This document shows, one piece after another, positions 18,854 to 30,219 of a stretch of 64,000 nt of DNA. Numbering within the stretch: position 1 is the first letter of the stretch; each line of letters opens with the position of its first letter. Position numbers and translations under genes: made by a program. The stretch comes from a virus. The DNA lies in IMG/VR virus record IMGVR_UViG_3300027749_000062, positions 40,242-104,241 of that record; one strand, 5' to 3'. The notes beneath the pieces were generated by a model that did not search any database, was not told the origin of the DNA, and was given only the letters and a program-made list of their open reading frames with translations.

Positions 18854-20278
18854 TTAGTATCCTAGTACAAATTTAAATTGCTCGATGCCATCAACGCTTC
18901 TTTGAACACCAACACGATTCTCAATATATGTTATATATCCTGAAAATGGAATGAGTGAAGGTGAAGTTACAGAGAAAACCACCCTCGATGCACCTGAAGA
19001 TAAACCAATAATTGATTGGCCAACTGTATATGTTCCATTTATATTTATCAACTGTAATATATTCGTTGATGTGTTGAAATTTAAGACTGTTCCGTAGTAA
19101 ATAACATTTCCATTATTATCGAATTGTTGTACAATTTCATCGGCCGTGTAGACATTTCCTGCACCAGCTGAAACTAGAAATTGGGTTGAAGTGTTATATA
19201 TTGCACCATTTGCGAGTGCTGGACCAGAGGAACCATATACTTGTGGATTAATAAGAAGTCCAACTTGGCGATAATTTACACCGGTTGTAGGCAAAACACC
19301 ATTTTCAGAACCATTGAATTCAACTGAATACATTACATGATTGCAACCCAACTCAGATATTGGATCGTATGCATGGCCGCCGACTGGTGAAATAGGAGCT
19401 ACGGCTGTTGCACCAGAACCTAATGAAGAAATATAACTTAGATTCGCTGAGGTGTATGCCTTGATTGATACATTTGCATATGTATAATTGTTTCCTGCAA
19501 AACCTGTTTTGACAACAATATCATTAATTACACCATTGGTTATCTGTGAACTTGTTATATTTGCAACGGTTCCTGTACCATCACCTGTTACGGTAACCAC
19601 AATATATGTGTTAACTGCATCATATCCTGATCCTCCGTTTGTTACATTTATTACCTCAATGTCTCCGCAACCTGCGTTAGTCAGATATGGTTGAGGTGTG
19701 TTTGCACCAACAGGGATAGGCATCCAATCAGTATCCAAGAAACTTTTCTTGAGACCTGCATCAATTGTATACATGTATTTCCATTTATACAGGTCATTAC
19801 CTTGATAGATATTATTTGTTCCGTATGAACCTGGTTGAAAATATGGCTCAGAAGTTGACAGTCCGCCATTATTATTCGCAAGACATTTGAAAACTTGGTC
19901 GTAACGGTTCTTTACATAAAAATTATAAAGTGGAAATCCATTGGCATCTTTTGCATTCATGTTTACTGAATCGGAATATGCAAAGAAATTGGTGTTATTT
20001 GCCCAATTAATCCTTTGAATAACAGGTGAAATGTTACTGGAGTTAATTAGTTTTGCTCCAAACATATTTTTAAACACTCTTTTCAGATATGTCTGGTCTT
20101 CTGTCGGTTGTGTTGGTGTTTCACTTGAATTCACTATTGGCCATGAATCCTCTTGGCCAATAAAAGCATATATGGAATTAATGGTAGCACCATTGAGTTT
20201 GACTGTCGGATTGTAATAATCCGTCTCAACTCTGATTACTTTTGCTTGATTTGTGAGTATGTTTAGATTTGATGCCAT
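18854..20278 (-). CDS. gp8: Baseplate wedge subunit gp8
   Basis: FYV....QVFKCL.N, WKYMYTI, ISP.GGH..D...ELG, YIENR..VQR...EQFK.VL. Confidence 0.9.
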   Translation of the reverse strand: MASNLNILTNQAKVIRVETDYYNPTVKLNGATINSIYAFIGQEDSWPIVNSSETPTQPTEDQTYLKRVFKNMFGAKLINSSNISPVIQRINWANNTNFFAYSDSVNMNAKDANGFPLYNFYVKNRYDQVFKCLANNNGGLSTSEPYFQPGSYGTNNIYQGNDLYKWKYMYTIDAGLKKSFLDTDWMPIPVGANTPQPYLTNAGCGDIEVINVTNGGSGYDAVNTYIVVTVTGDGTGTVANITSSQITNGVINDIVVKTGFAGNNYTYANVSIKAYTSANLSYISSLGSGATAVAPISPVGGHAYDPISELGCNHVMYSVEFNGSENGVLPTTGVNYRQVGLLINPQVYGSSGPALANGAIYNTSTQFLVSAGAGNVYTADEIVQQFDNNGNVIYYGTVLNFNTSTNILQLININGTYTVGQSIIGLSSGASRVVFSVTSPSLIPFSGYITYIENRVGVQRSVDGIEQFKFVLGY

Positions 20279-20288
20279 GATTTATTTA

Positions 20289-21947
20289 TTAAGCGTGGGT
20301 GACAGAACAGAAAGTATTTTGCACGGTACCATCTATTGACATATATCTAAGAAATACAGTTGATGTTCCTGGAATATTATATGTTGTTGCATTTAAGGTT
20401 GAATTTAATGCTGATACTCCTGTAGTTAATGTTTGGTTTGTTCCAGCAGTGTTTGTTATCCATGCAACAACTTCTTTACCTGCCAGTAAATTTGATAGTG
20501 TAACAACTAAACCTGTGGACGTTTGAGCCCTAACAACAGAAGTATTTGCATGGTCAATTGTTATTGCGGTTTGAGCACCAGGATATACTATTGGAGTATA
20601 AACAAAACCTTTTTGCGGTTCAACACGGCCTGTAAAAGTTACAGAATCTGCATTAAATAACGCGATTCTTTGAATTGTATTTGAACCAACTGGTGTATTA
20701 TAAAATTCAATACGAGTTCCTCTTGCAGAATCGGTAAAATTTTCAGATGCAACAAAGTCAATTTTTGTTGGACTGGATCCAGGAAATTGTGTTCCTGTGA
20801 AACCATTTCCAACAATTCTCATCATAATGTCATTGTTTGAAGTTGCTGCAGGTGCCGCAGATGAACCGCGACCCATACGGCCGATTAAAACAGGATAGGT
20901 ATTTTGACCAAAACTATCTAATACTAAGCGTGTTGTTGTGTTTGCTTTACCGGTAATCTGCAACATATAATTTGTATTTGATGCTTGATAAGCCGTATTA
21001 GCTCCAGTTATCTGTATAAAAGCGGTATTTGGATCAAAAGTTGTGTTGTTGAAATCTATTAGTGTTCCGTTAGTTACTAGATTGCCTGTTATATTAATAT
21101 CTTTAGTGATGTTTGTTGTACGATTGATAACCAAATTTGCAGTTGCTATTGATTGGCCAATAATCATATCAACAGTTGTTAATGCTGAATATATTGTATT
21201 ATTTGCAAGTGCTAAACTACCAATATTACCGGTATTAGCAACAACTGCACCTGTAATAGTTAAAGAACCTGAAAAAGTGCCTGTTGTATTTGCAAGTGCA
21301 TTATTTGCTTTAGCAAATGCAGACTGTGAGTATGCATTAGAAGCAGCTGCGGTGTTCTGAGAAGTTCCATCTGAGAAGAAAATTTGATTTCCATTGACCA
21401 TCTTGAAACCGGTAGAAGTCATCTTAGCAATAACATTGGATGATGTGCCACCAGAAACCATAAATCTAGTTTCTGTATTTGATGTTGTAGTACCAATAAT
21501 CAAATTACCACCAAGTAATCCTGCTGAACTTCCGCCTTGAACATAAAGATAACCATCTAATGGAGCAACAGCAGTACCGATGTTATTGAATTCGGAACCT
21601 GGTTGATATGCAGGATTTGCCAAACCTAAATCTAAGAAATATGTAGAATCTGTACCATTGTTTGCAGTAATAACATGGTCAGCTGTGCCGCCGCCATTCA
21701 GGTTAACAAAGTTGGTTTGTACATATGATTCACCGGCCAATGAAAACTGTGCAATCGTATTAGGTAAAAGGGTGGTATTGTTACCTACAACCAATGCAGT
21801 ATTCGCATAAAGACCAGCTGCTAATGTTCCGGCAGAAAACTGGAATGTTTGTGCAGAGGGTATATCAATACCAACAAACAAAGTGTTTGCTGTGTTTGCA
21901 TTGATTGTTGAAAATTTAGGTAATTCTGAGATTTTAATTGTTGACAT
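20289..21947 (-). CDS. Fibre/baseplate-associated structural protein
   Basis: KISELP N-terminus, fibre-type beta repeats, short AN-heptad run; between gp7 and gp8. Confidence 0.55.
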   Translation of the reverse strand: MSTIKISELPKFSTINANTANTLFVGIDIPSAQTFQFSAGTLAAGLYANTALVVGNNTTLLPNTIAQFSLAGESYVQTNFVNLNGGGTADHVITANNGTDSTYFLDLGLANPAYQPGSEFNNIGTAVAPLDGYLYVQGGSSAGLLGGNLIIGTTTSNTETRFMVSGGTSSNVIAKMTSTGFKMVNGNQIFFSDGTSQNTAAASNAYSQSAFAKANNALANTTGTFSGSLTITGAVVANTGNIGSLALANNTIYSALTTVDMIIGQSIATANLVINRTTNITKDINITGNLVTNGTLIDFNNTTFDPNTAFIQITGANTAYQASNTNYMLQITGKANTTTRLVLDSFGQNTYPVLIGRMGRGSSAAPAATSNNDIMMRIVGNGFTGTQFPGSSPTKIDFVASENFTDSARGTRIEFYNTPVGSNTIQRIALFNADSVTFTGRVEPQKGFVYTPIVYPGAQTAITIDHANTSVVRAQTSTGLVVTLSNLLAGKEVVAWITNTAGTNQTLTTGVSALNSTLNATTYNIPGTSTVFLRYMSIDGTVQNTFCSVTHA

Positions 21948-21950
21948 TTT

Positions 21951-24900
21951 TTATCCTATTAGAAGCCAAGCGCCTGTTTCTGAAGTTAATATATCACCGG
22001 TTTCTGTTCCTAGTTGAGCAAGATACTGTGTTCCGACTGGTCCAATAATTTGAACATTGTTGTATAGAGAAGTAATACTTCTACCAACAGAAATATATCC
22101 GTTTGCACCACTTGTCAATGGACCACTTAAAGTAACAGAAGTATACGGAGAACTGAAAGATGTTACTGTCTGAGCTACTCCATTAACTGTAATCGTATCA
22201 CCAACACGAATAATATCTAATATAGGATACGCCGTATTACTATAGGTACCATTGTTGACAATGTTATAACTATATGTCAATGATGTTATATTTATTATCT
22301 GGTTATTACCATTGGATGCAGAAGTACCTACAGCCACATTTGCAAAGTATGTCCAAACATTGTCTTGTAGTGTTACTGTATTCGCTGCATAGTTTATTTT
22401 AGAAACTAAACCATGAACGGAATCATTGATTCCTGTTCCATAAACAAATACGATTTCTGTGGTATTTGCAGTAAGAAAACTAGCAATATTTGCACCATAC
22501 AAATTATTGAAAGTAACCATGTTATTACTTGGAGTTGTTGCATTACCTGCCGAAATAGATACTGTTGCAGCATTTCCTGCATAGAAACCTAGTGTGTGGC
22601 CTGTATCTAATGCATCATTGACAATGAAGTTCATATTGTTGCTTGAACGCATTGCAATTCGACCAATAACTCTTGTGCCTGATGGATGTAATAGATTCAA
22701 TAACACATCACGATACTTTTCAATCTCTTTAGATAGTGTTATTTGATAGGTGTAGTTATTATAATCCACACTTTGCAATACATCAAAGGCGCTTGGTTGA
22801 CCTGAAGTGTCCAAATATTGGCCATTTCCAATTACCAAACCATTCAAGAAAGTTGCATTCGCTTTTGCAAAACCATCACCATATGTAATTATACCATTTG
22901 CAGAATCAAATCGTGTATTCTCTACAGAATTATCAAATGTGGTATTATGTATGGATGTATAACCAGAAACAAGAGAATAAGCAGCACTCCTAACATCAAT
23001 TTTCAATGGCAGATTTTTATTAGGTATTGCATTATAGTTATATACTCTCAACTGGTATATACTGTTATTTGCAGGAATATAATTTTGTAATGCGTTGATT
23101 GAGTCCACAGAAGCAATATATGTGGCAGTATTTACATTTGCACCTTGATAAATTATATCACCATTCACTGGTATACTCAATGTCGAAACATTGGAAACAA
23201 TTAAGTCTTGGACTTTTAATGATACTCTTGGTGCGCTAATATAATCTTGACCGTTTTCTGTGATATTGAATGATGTAATTGCACCTACACGATTTAATGT
23301 TTGTGAAAAAGTTGCACCTGTACCTAAAGTTCCAGGTATCGATAATTGTGCCGTTCCTAAATAATATGAATTTGCATTTCCATTAATTTTAGAATTTGCA
23401 GTAAGTATCATTGATGTTGCATTGACAATAGATTGAACCGTACCAATTACAATATTTGTATTTGTTACCAGTAAAGCACCATTACTGAATTGTGCAGTAA
23501 AGTTTGTTCCGTTACCTGTAACTGTTGAACTTGTTGTTCTTATTGTTACATTACCATTGGCTGTACGTTTAACAACAGCAACAGGTAATGAATTCATGTA
23601 ACCCATGCCACCTAAAGAAATCATATTGGTTAAGTTACTTACATAGTCCGCAGATACAATTGAACCAGAACTATTGACAGTTACATTAGCAAAAGCACCA
23701 TAACCAGATCCACCAATAATTGCAATTTGGTCATTGTTAGCATAACCTGAACCCGGTTTAACTATTTGAATTGGTGAAAGAATACCTAAGTTAGCTAGAT
23801 TTGTTTGAGAATAGACATCCGTCGTATATTCTGATATAGCTTGTATGGATGGTGGAGAACTTAAACCACCGCCTTGATTTTGTACAATAAGTGATGCAAT
23901 TGGATACGTTGTAAAACCAGTAAATGAAAACGCATTTGCTAAAGTTGTATTTGCATTTGCACTTAAATTATTTGCAAACTGATAAGATTGTTGTGTCCAA
24001 AGTCCTGTTGATACATTATATGTGTTTGCGCCTGAACTGCCTGCAATATTTCCAATGCAATGGTATCTCTTTAACTGTATACTATCGGTTGGAATAAAAG
24101 TTACATTTGCAATTCCTGCAGGATTTAAAGTACCAACTGTTGCAATAGGTGATGATGGACTTGAACCTGATAGATTTGTAAATTGTATAAAAGTATTTGC
24201 ACCACCAATTTGCAGGTTTGCTGTAGATGTGGTATAACCATATCCCTCATTCGAAACAACAATACGCTGAATTGAACCTGATGTAACTTGGCCAACATAT
24301 GCGGTTGCACCAACTGGTCCAGCCACATTTGAATTTAACCCACCATAAAAAACAATTGGATCACCTGTACTATAAGATAGACCTCTATTGTTTGGATCAA
24401 TAACAACCTGACTAATTTGGCCAACAATGAGTGCTGTCAGAGATTCTGAACCAGCTGTTCCTTCTGGTACTATTGCACCATTGAGGAAATATAATGTTTG
24501 ATTATTTGAATCAACAACAGTAACTGTTTCACCTGATTGGAATAATCTTTCAACATTTGAAATGAATACTTCTGTTTTAAGACCATCAAATATTGCAGTT
24601 TCAACTGTTGCAATAGATTTTGAAATGTTGCCAAATACTCTAAGGTTTTGAATTGACAGGAAGTTTTTATCACTGGTCGCCAATTTCAAACTTCTAGGAA
24701 CATACCACTTACCAGCAGAAGCTTTTAGTAAAGCATCTTTAGTATAAAAAAATTCTACATCAGAATTGTAGAGTATTCTAAACAAAAACTTATAAGAAGC
24801 AGGCGTACCTTTACTTTCATACAGTTGTTTTGCTATTTTGATTGCTTTTCTTTTATCTGCCAATATTTCTTGTGGGAAATAAGACATAAAATCATTTACA

Positions 24901-25109
24901 TAATACTGTAAGAACTGCTCTGTGGTTGTGTCTACATCCATGTAATTCAAAAGATTCTTAGAGAAATCTAATGTATTATTTTGTTCTTCTAACCATTCAT
25001 AGTATGCCTGTATGAATAAGACAAAATTGGCGTAGTTTGGGTCCTCACTAATGAATTTAGGAAGCTGAAAAGGAACCAGTAACGATGTTTTATTGGTACT
25101 TTGTAACAT
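21951..25109 (-). CDS. gp7: Baseplate wedge initiator gp7-like
   Basis: QLP.FI...F..F..AYYEWLE, LY.SKGT..SY.FLFRILY, LLHPSG; follows gp6. Confidence 0.8.
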   Translation of the reverse strand: MLQSTNKTSLLVPFQLPKFISEDPNYANFVLFIQAYYEWLEEQNNTLDFSKNLLNYMDVDTTTEQFLQYYVNDFMSYFPQEILADKRKAIKIAKQLYESKGTPASYKFLFRILYNSDVEFFYTKDALLKASAGKWYVPRSLKLATSDKNFLSIQNLRVFGNISKSIATVETAIFDGLKTEVFISNVERLFQSGETVTVVDSNNQTLYFLNGAIVPEGTAGSESLTALIVGQISQVVIDPNNRGLSYSTGDPIVFYGGLNSNVAGPVGATAYVGQVTSGSIQRIVVSNEGYGYTTSTANLQIGGANTFIQFTNLSGSSPSSPIATVGTLNPAGIANVTFIPTDSIQLKRYHCIGNIAGSSGANTYNVSTGLWTQQSYQFANNLSANANTTLANAFSFTGFTTYPIASLIVQNQGGGLSSPPSIQAISEYTTDVYSQTNLANLGILSPIQIVKPGSGYANNDQIAIIGGSGYGAFANVTVNSSGSIVSADYVSNLTNMISLGGMGYMNSLPVAVVKRTANGNVTIRTTSSTVTGNGTNFTAQFSNGALLVTNTNIVIGTVQSIVNATSMILTANSKINGNANSYYLGTAQLSIPGTLGTGATFSQTLNRVGAITSFNITENGQDYISAPRVSLKVQDLIVSNVSTLSIPVNGDIIYQGANVNTATYIASVDSINALQNYIPANNSIYQLRVYNYNAIPNKNLPLKIDVRSAAYSLVSGYTSIHNTTFDNSVENTRFDSANGIITYGDGFAKANATFLNGLVIGNGQYLDTSGQPSAFDVLQSVDYNNYTYQITLSKEIEKYRDVLLNLLHPSGTRVIGRIAMRSSNNMNFIVNDALDTGHTLGFYAGNAATVSISAGNATTPSNNMVTFNNLYGANIASFLTANTTEIVFVYGTGINDSVHGLVSKINYAANTVTLQDNVWTYFANVAVGTSASNGNNQIINITSLTYSYNIVNNGTYSNTAYPILDIIRVGDTITVNGVAQTVTSFSSPYTSVTLSGPLTSGANGYISVGRSITSLYNNVQIIGPVGTQYLAQLGTETGDILTSETGAWLLIG

Positions 25110-25113
25110 TTAA

Positions 25114-27189
25114 TTAACTTTTCTTAGCTGTAACAGAAACACTCACCGCAGCTGAGTCATATGGATCAATTGTAATTATTCTATTCAACGAAGAAGATAT
25201 GATTGTCGTTGTTGGTTGACATGATATGGTTAATTGGCCCAAATCATTATCGACTGATACAGGATTAAAATTACTTAATATAACAATACCATTTGTGTAA
25301 TCGATTGTGCCTACATTAGCAGAAACAACAACTTTACCTTTAACTGTATCGTTAATGTAACTTCTTATTGTTCCATATTGACCTTGTAACTGTGCCACTA
25401 CAGATGCGCCTGTACCTGTAGTGTCTCCAACAGCAGCAATAATTGTAGCTAGTGCGGAAGTGTATCCAACGCCTGCATTTGTTACGGTGACTGAATACAA
25501 CTTGTTGTTAACAATTTTGGCAGTAGCTGTTGCGCCTGTTCCATCACCTGTAATTACCACAGTTGGTGTATCAGTATAATTATAACCTGGATTTAATACT
25601 GAAATTGAATCTATACCAACGGTAGATGTGGGAACTTCTTCAAAATAAACACCACTCAATGTTGTTGCAGTATTGCTTGGATTTGTAATAGTTACACTTG
25701 GATAACTAACTAAAGAAGAACCATATAACCCGCGTTTTAATTTGCTATTATAATAGAGATTATATGTCGTTGAAGTACCTAATGTAGGATAAAATTTCTT
25801 TTGGACATTTATAGTAAAATCAGAAGAAACTACAGATTTATTGTATGAGTTTATTGTGGTTAAAACATCATATGAACTGAATGTGGAATTAAAAGTGTTT
25901 AGATTATTTGCCGCATAATTGTAAATAGCATTTTGTATTCCTGTTTGCATTGTTCCAGGAGTCAAAGTAGTCTGAGCCGTGTTATAAAGTACATTTGCAG
26001 AAACTTGAATATAGGTATAATCTGGATCAATAATCGTAGGTTCAACCGTCATCATACTAATTGGTTTAAGAACCTGAGTTTTAATCAATTCTTTTTGTGT
26101 CGTTGTTAAATCGTAGGCACCTTTTGGTTTTAATGAGATAAACACTTGACCATAAACTGGCGGAATATTTTCTTCGCCACCCCAAACAGAAACTGCATCG
26201 AAAGAAATGCCTAAAGAGTTTTGTTGAACTGCTGTGATATAATCATTCTTACTTACTGCACGGCCTTGTGCTGCAAAAGCTTTTGGTGCTTGGAATTTAA
26301 TAGAAGCAATCGCCTCTTTTTCTATGCCTTGAGTTGCAGCCATTATTGGATTAACAGTTATAGTGGCATAAGAACCAATATTGTCCATTAACACAAAGTT
26401 ATTGGCTAATCCACCAGCAGTTCCCAATGTTGTTAGATAATTAACTCTTACGATATTTCCATCAGACAATTGTTTACCTAAAACGCCGTCACCAAAATAA
26501 ATTTGATAATTTCCATTTACTGCTTCTTGAACAAAATATACCTTACTTGTTGGATTTAATTCCAAATAACTTGTTTCACTATTATAAACATCATAGTAGG
26601 TATTTGTACTAGACTCTTGAACCAATACTTCTATTGTAGATAAATCAATATTGGTATCTGGAATTTCATATATGTAATTTGGATTGTTTGTAGAGTTTAC
26701 GATAAAACTGTATGATGAAAGGCTTCCTTGTTTCAATTCAATCATTGGAAATTTTGCAAAATTGTTAACCACACTTGCTGTTGTAGCTGTTGTTGTAACA
26801 TAATTAAAATTTGTTCCATTAACAGGTTCTGAAAGAAACTTTGTATATTTTGGGATTGTGAGACTTGTAGTTGTCACTCCACTAAAAACAAGATTAATTT
26901 CTGCAATAGGTCCAACTGCCGATTTTGGAACATAATTCATTAATTTTGCATGAGAAACAACCGAAGAACGCTGCAATGCCGAATCTAAAAACATTTCATT
27001 TGCAACCATGTTTAGATAGAAAGCATTATATTGTGTGTTGTATGCAAGAACATCCAATAGTGTAGAAAGAGCTGAACCTGTAAAGTTGTAATCTTTAAAT
27101 GTGTCTTGAGATTGCAAATAGGTAATGAAATTTCTCTTGATATCCGAGAAATCTAGATTAGCTACTTGTATGTTTGTATTTGATGCCAT
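25114..27189 (-). CDS. gp6: Baseplate wedge subunit gp6
   Basis: LDF..IK, F.DYNF.GS.LS.LLDVLAYNT.YNAFY.NM..NEMFLDSA, AQ.RAV...DY, WGGEEN.PP.YG.V. Confidence 0.95.
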   Translation of the reverse strand: MASNTNIQVANLDFSDIKRNFITYLQSQDTFKDYNFTGSALSTLLDVLAYNTQYNAFYLNMVANEMFLDSALQRSSVVSHAKLMNYVPKSAVGPIAEINLVFSGVTTTSLTIPKYTKFLSEPVNGTNFNYVTTTATTASVVNNFAKFPMIELKQGSLSSYSFIVNSTNNPNYIYEIPDTNIDLSTIEVLVQESSTNTYYDVYNSETSYLELNPTSKVYFVQEAVNGNYQIYFGDGVLGKQLSDGNIVRVNYLTTLGTAGGLANNFVLMDNIGSYATITVNPIMAATQGIEKEAIASIKFQAPKAFAAQGRAVSKNDYITAVQQNSLGISFDAVSVWGGEENIPPVYGQVFISLKPKGAYDLTTTQKELIKTQVLKPISMMTVEPTIIDPDYTYIQVSANVLYNTAQTTLTPGTMQTGIQNAIYNYAANNLNTFNSTFSSYDVLTTINSYNKSVVSSDFTINVQKKFYPTLGTSTTYNLYYNSKLKRGLYGSSLVSYPSVTITNPSNTATTLSGVYFEEVPTSTVGIDSISVLNPGYNYTDTPTVVITGDGTGATATAKIVNNKLYSVTVTNAGVGYTSALATIIAAVGDTTGTGASVVAQLQGQYGTIRSYINDTVKGKVVVSANVGTIDYTNGIVILSNFNPVSVDNDLGQLTISCQPTTTIISSSLNRIITIDPYDSAAVSVSVTAKKS

Positions 27190-27581
27190 TATCTGGACCT
27201 TTGAAGAATTAGGTTAACTGCTGTTGGTACTGAGTTATTTCCAACATAAAAACTTAAATAAACTAAAAATGAATTTCCATCTTCATTAAGTGTAATTTCC
27301 AACTCATCAATAGCAACCCTTGGCTCATAATTTTTAATAGTATTTCTTATTTCTGTATCTAAAATTGAGGCGGTAACTTCTGTCGCTGGTTCAAATAGTA
27401 ATCGATTTAAATTGGAACCAACATCAGGCTGAAAAGGCCTCTCATAAAAATTAGTCAACAAAAGATTTCTAACCGAGGCTATTACGGCATTCTCATCATA
27501 ACGGAGAGCAATATCATTTGTACCTGGCACACGCTTGAATGTGAGGTCTATGTCTGAGTATATTTTTTTTAATGTTGCCAT
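27189..27581 (-). CDS. gp25: Baseplate wedge subunit gp25
   Basis: YSDIDL.F, SVRNLLLT...ERPFQP..GS, YEPRV. Confidence 0.93.
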   Translation of the reverse strand: MATLKKIYSDIDLTFKRVPGTNDIALRYDENAVIASVRNLLLTNFYERPFQPDVGSNLNRLLFEPATEVTASILDTEIRNTIKNYEPRVAIDELEITLNEDGNSFLVYLSFYVGNNSVPTAVNLILQRSR

Positions 27582-27600
27582 CTTCTATTTATTACTCTTA

Positions 27601-28443
27601 TTAAGAGACATTTGCGGTTTGTGTCTGAGAGAGTAATCTAGTTTTCAACTTGTTTGTTCCAATATAAGTGTTTACTAATAGAGTTTCAGTTGCACCCAAT
27701 TCACTTAATGGAGCAACTACAGAATAATCAGCTATAACAGCCGCTGAATTTGTAAAGAATGCATTATCTTGTGTAGTATAAGTTGTCATCAAAGAAGTGA
27801 TGGATCCTATAGTGCTACTTATTGCTTGTGTTTGCGCCAAAGTTAAATTAGAAGTATTTGGTGTACCCATCGTAATACTATTTGAAAGTGTAATTTGTTG
27901 TGAGGACAATGTGTTACTAAGTGTACTTAATGTATTACCTAAAGTTATACTAGTAAAATTACCCATAATAGGTGAATTATTTTGCACGCCATCAGATTGA
28001 TATGTGATATAGGACAATATTTTACCATATCCTATTGCCATTCTGTAATGAACTGTAGTCACATCACTTCCCGGATCAACAACATTGGATTGTCTATTAG
28101 TAACATACAAGTAATTGTTTACTGTACCTACTGCACCAACGGCTGTATTGCCTAAATCACGCAAAGCTTGTGTGACTGTAGAAGATATAGTGGATTGAAC
28201 ATTGATAGCCAATGTTGCAGCATTTATTGAATTGAGTGCAGATGTTATCGTTATAGTTAATGGTGCCACAGGATTGACAAAATAACCACCAGTATTGGAT
28301 GTGGAAATGTCTTCGGTTTGCCATGCATTCAATAATTGTGGCATAAATGCCAAATTGTTTGCAACGGCACTACTGTCGGTTGTAACTGTCGCGTTGGTTG
28401 TTGGGTCTGTTGAATTGAACCCTAATCTTCCATAAATACTCAT
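27601..28443 (-). CDS. Hypothetical virion protein
   Basis: 280 aa Thr/Ser/Asn-rich ORF between gp5 and gp25. Confidence 0.5.
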   Translation of the reverse strand: MSIYGRLGFNSTDPTTNATVTTDSSAVANNLAFMPQLLNAWQTEDISTSNTGGYFVNPVAPLTITITSALNSINAATLAINVQSTISSTVTQALRDLGNTAVGAVGTVNNYLYVTNRQSNVVDPGSDVTTVHYRMAIGYGKILSYITYQSDGVQNNSPIMGNFTSITLGNTLSTLSNTLSSQQITLSNSITMGTPNTSNLTLAQTQAISSTIGSITSLMTTYTTQDNAFFTNSAAVIADYSVVAPLSELGATETLLVNTYIGTNKLKTRLLSQTQTANVS

Positions 28444-28452
28444 AATATATCC

Positions 28453-29307
28453 TTAAGCTGTAATTTCTGGTCTTGTTGGTGGACTTGTTGGTCCATTCGG
28501 TGCAATATGAGATTGTAAATTTCGTAAAATTCCATTGATAATATCTTTCGCAAAGAAAGAAGTTGATATTGCAGATGATGATAATGGCGCAGACATTGAA
28601 ACTAAAGAATTGATTGGACCCAAACTAGAAATTTGGCCAGGAAATGGCACACCTGTTCCAACGGAAATACCACCTCCAGGTGTTGCAAAACCACCAAATG
28701 AAGCGGACATACCAGATATACAATCCACTCGACCTGAAGAAAAAATATAGTTGCCTGTTATTGAACCCTCAGACCTTATATCTCCAAGAACATTCACATA
28801 TTCACCTGGAACAAGATTTATACCACCACCTAGTGCGCCACCAGCTTTAATATCCATATCGCCTTGTGAAACAAAACTGGTCAAACCTTCCACTACTGTA
28901 GTATAATTACCTTTAACATGTAATTCATAATTACCATCAATTTGTTCATTAACATTGCCTTGCGTATAAATGTTCGCATCACCTAAAACGGTAATGTTCA
29001 TGTTTCCATTAATGAGTATGTTTTTATCTTTGATTGTTATTTCATATCCATCACCATAGACCTTATGCACCTCATCACCATTAGGATGCATTTCAATAAA
29101 TGTACCTGTACGGTGTTGCAACCTAACTCTCTCCCTTGTTGGAGTGTCATCCATTTCAAATGCATGGCCACTAGGAGTTTGTGTTGCATTATTAAAAGGA
29201 TAAATTGGTTGATAATCCGCCACCTTTGTCAACGGGTTAATACTTGTATTTGCCGCTGATTCGGGTTCTGTCCATGCGTTAAAATAATCTGGTTTTTTAA
29301 TTGTCAT
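28453..29307 (-). CDS. gp5: gp5 C-terminal part (beta-helix spike)
   Basis: YP.N....T.SGH..E.DDTP..ER....HR.GT..E..P.G, then V.G(N/D) repeats; start moved to ATG at 29307. Confidence 0.85.
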   Translation of the reverse strand: MTIKKPDYFNAWTEPESAANTSINPLTKVADYQPIYPFNNATQTPSGHAFEMDDTPTRERVRLQHRTGTFIEMHPNGDEVHKVYGDGYEITIKDKNILINGNMNITVLGDANIYTQGNVNEQIDGNYELHVKGNYTTVVEGLTSFVSQGDMDIKAGGALGGGINLVPGEYVNVLGDIRSEGSITGNYIFSSGRVDCISGMSASFGGFATPGGGISVGTGVPFPGQISSLGPINSLVSMSAPLSSSAISTSFFAKDIINGILRNLQSHIAPNGPTSPPTRPEITA

Positions 29308-29320
29308 TATAAACTTCCAA

Positions 29321-30208
29321 TTATGGTTTACCTTTAGTAACTGAATCACCTGAGAACCATTTACCTGCGGCCTCTTTACCAGATTCTATTCCAGCATTAA
29401 TTGATGCACTAAGATTGTCTATATTTGCATTTAGTGGATCAGTTACATATGTTGTTATAGTTGTTGGTTGTGGTGCTTCATTTTCATTCAAGTAAGCTGC
29501 TGTGAGACTAGCTTCTGTTCCGGCCAAACCATTGGCAAACGCCGCACCAACAGAAGCTATTCCTGATTTAAAATTTAATACGCAATCTTCTAATATTTTT
29601 TTCACTTGGTCAGGTAATGAGTTTATCCAAGCTGTAATTTCATTTAATTGTTGTAATATATAATAAACCATGGCAACATCGGCTACAACTTGAGCTGCAA
29701 TTTTTAAATATTGATTAATTTGTCTCACTTTATCTTTAAAATAAGCGAAATTTATTGAAAAAGTTCCAGTCACATCAGCATTAAGTCCGGCTAAAATTGC
29801 ATTGATTGCAGTTCTGAATAATTGATTTAATCTTGTTATTGCTGTGCGAATTGCAGCAGACGCAGCATTTTTACCATTTTTAATTGCACCCAATAATATT
29901 CCCACATTTGGAACTAAAGCAGTCAAAGATAAATTTGCATTTAATCTAAATTTAAAATCACAAACGTGTGCAACTTGACTGTTAGTAATATAAACACCGG
30001 TGTTAATCAATGCACCTCTAGCAATACCGGGGGAAGTTTGAACACCTTTGGTTGAAAACGAACCACCCCATGACCATTGTGCAGGTCTTCCATAATCTGA
30101 TACATAAAGGCCATTTGATGCATTTGGATTAGGATTCATCTCCAGTGTTGGTCCAGTTGCTGGTTTATAATTAACATAATCCAATGAGAGTTCAGCTTGA
30201 ATGGCCAT
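29321..30208 (-). CDS. Helical protein between the gp5 N- and C-terminal genes (probable gp5 middle part)
   Basis: Position; P..ARG linker-like motif then amphipathic helices; own RBS AAGGA. Confidence 0.5.
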   Translation of the reverse strand: MAIQAELSLDYVNYKPATGPTLEMNPNPNASNGLYVSDYGRPAQWSWGGSFSTKGVQTSPGIARGALINTGVYITNSQVAHVCDFKFRLNANLSLTALVPNVGILLGAIKNGKNAASAAIRTAITRLNQLFRTAINAILAGLNADVTGTFSINFAYFKDKVRQINQYLKIAAQVVADVAMVYYILQQLNEITAWINSLPDQVKKILEDCVLNFKSGIASVGAAFANGLAGTEASLTAAYLNENEAPQPTTITTYVTDPLNANIDNLSASINAGIESGKEAAGKWFSGDSVTKGKP

Positions 30209-30219
30209 AATTTATCCTT

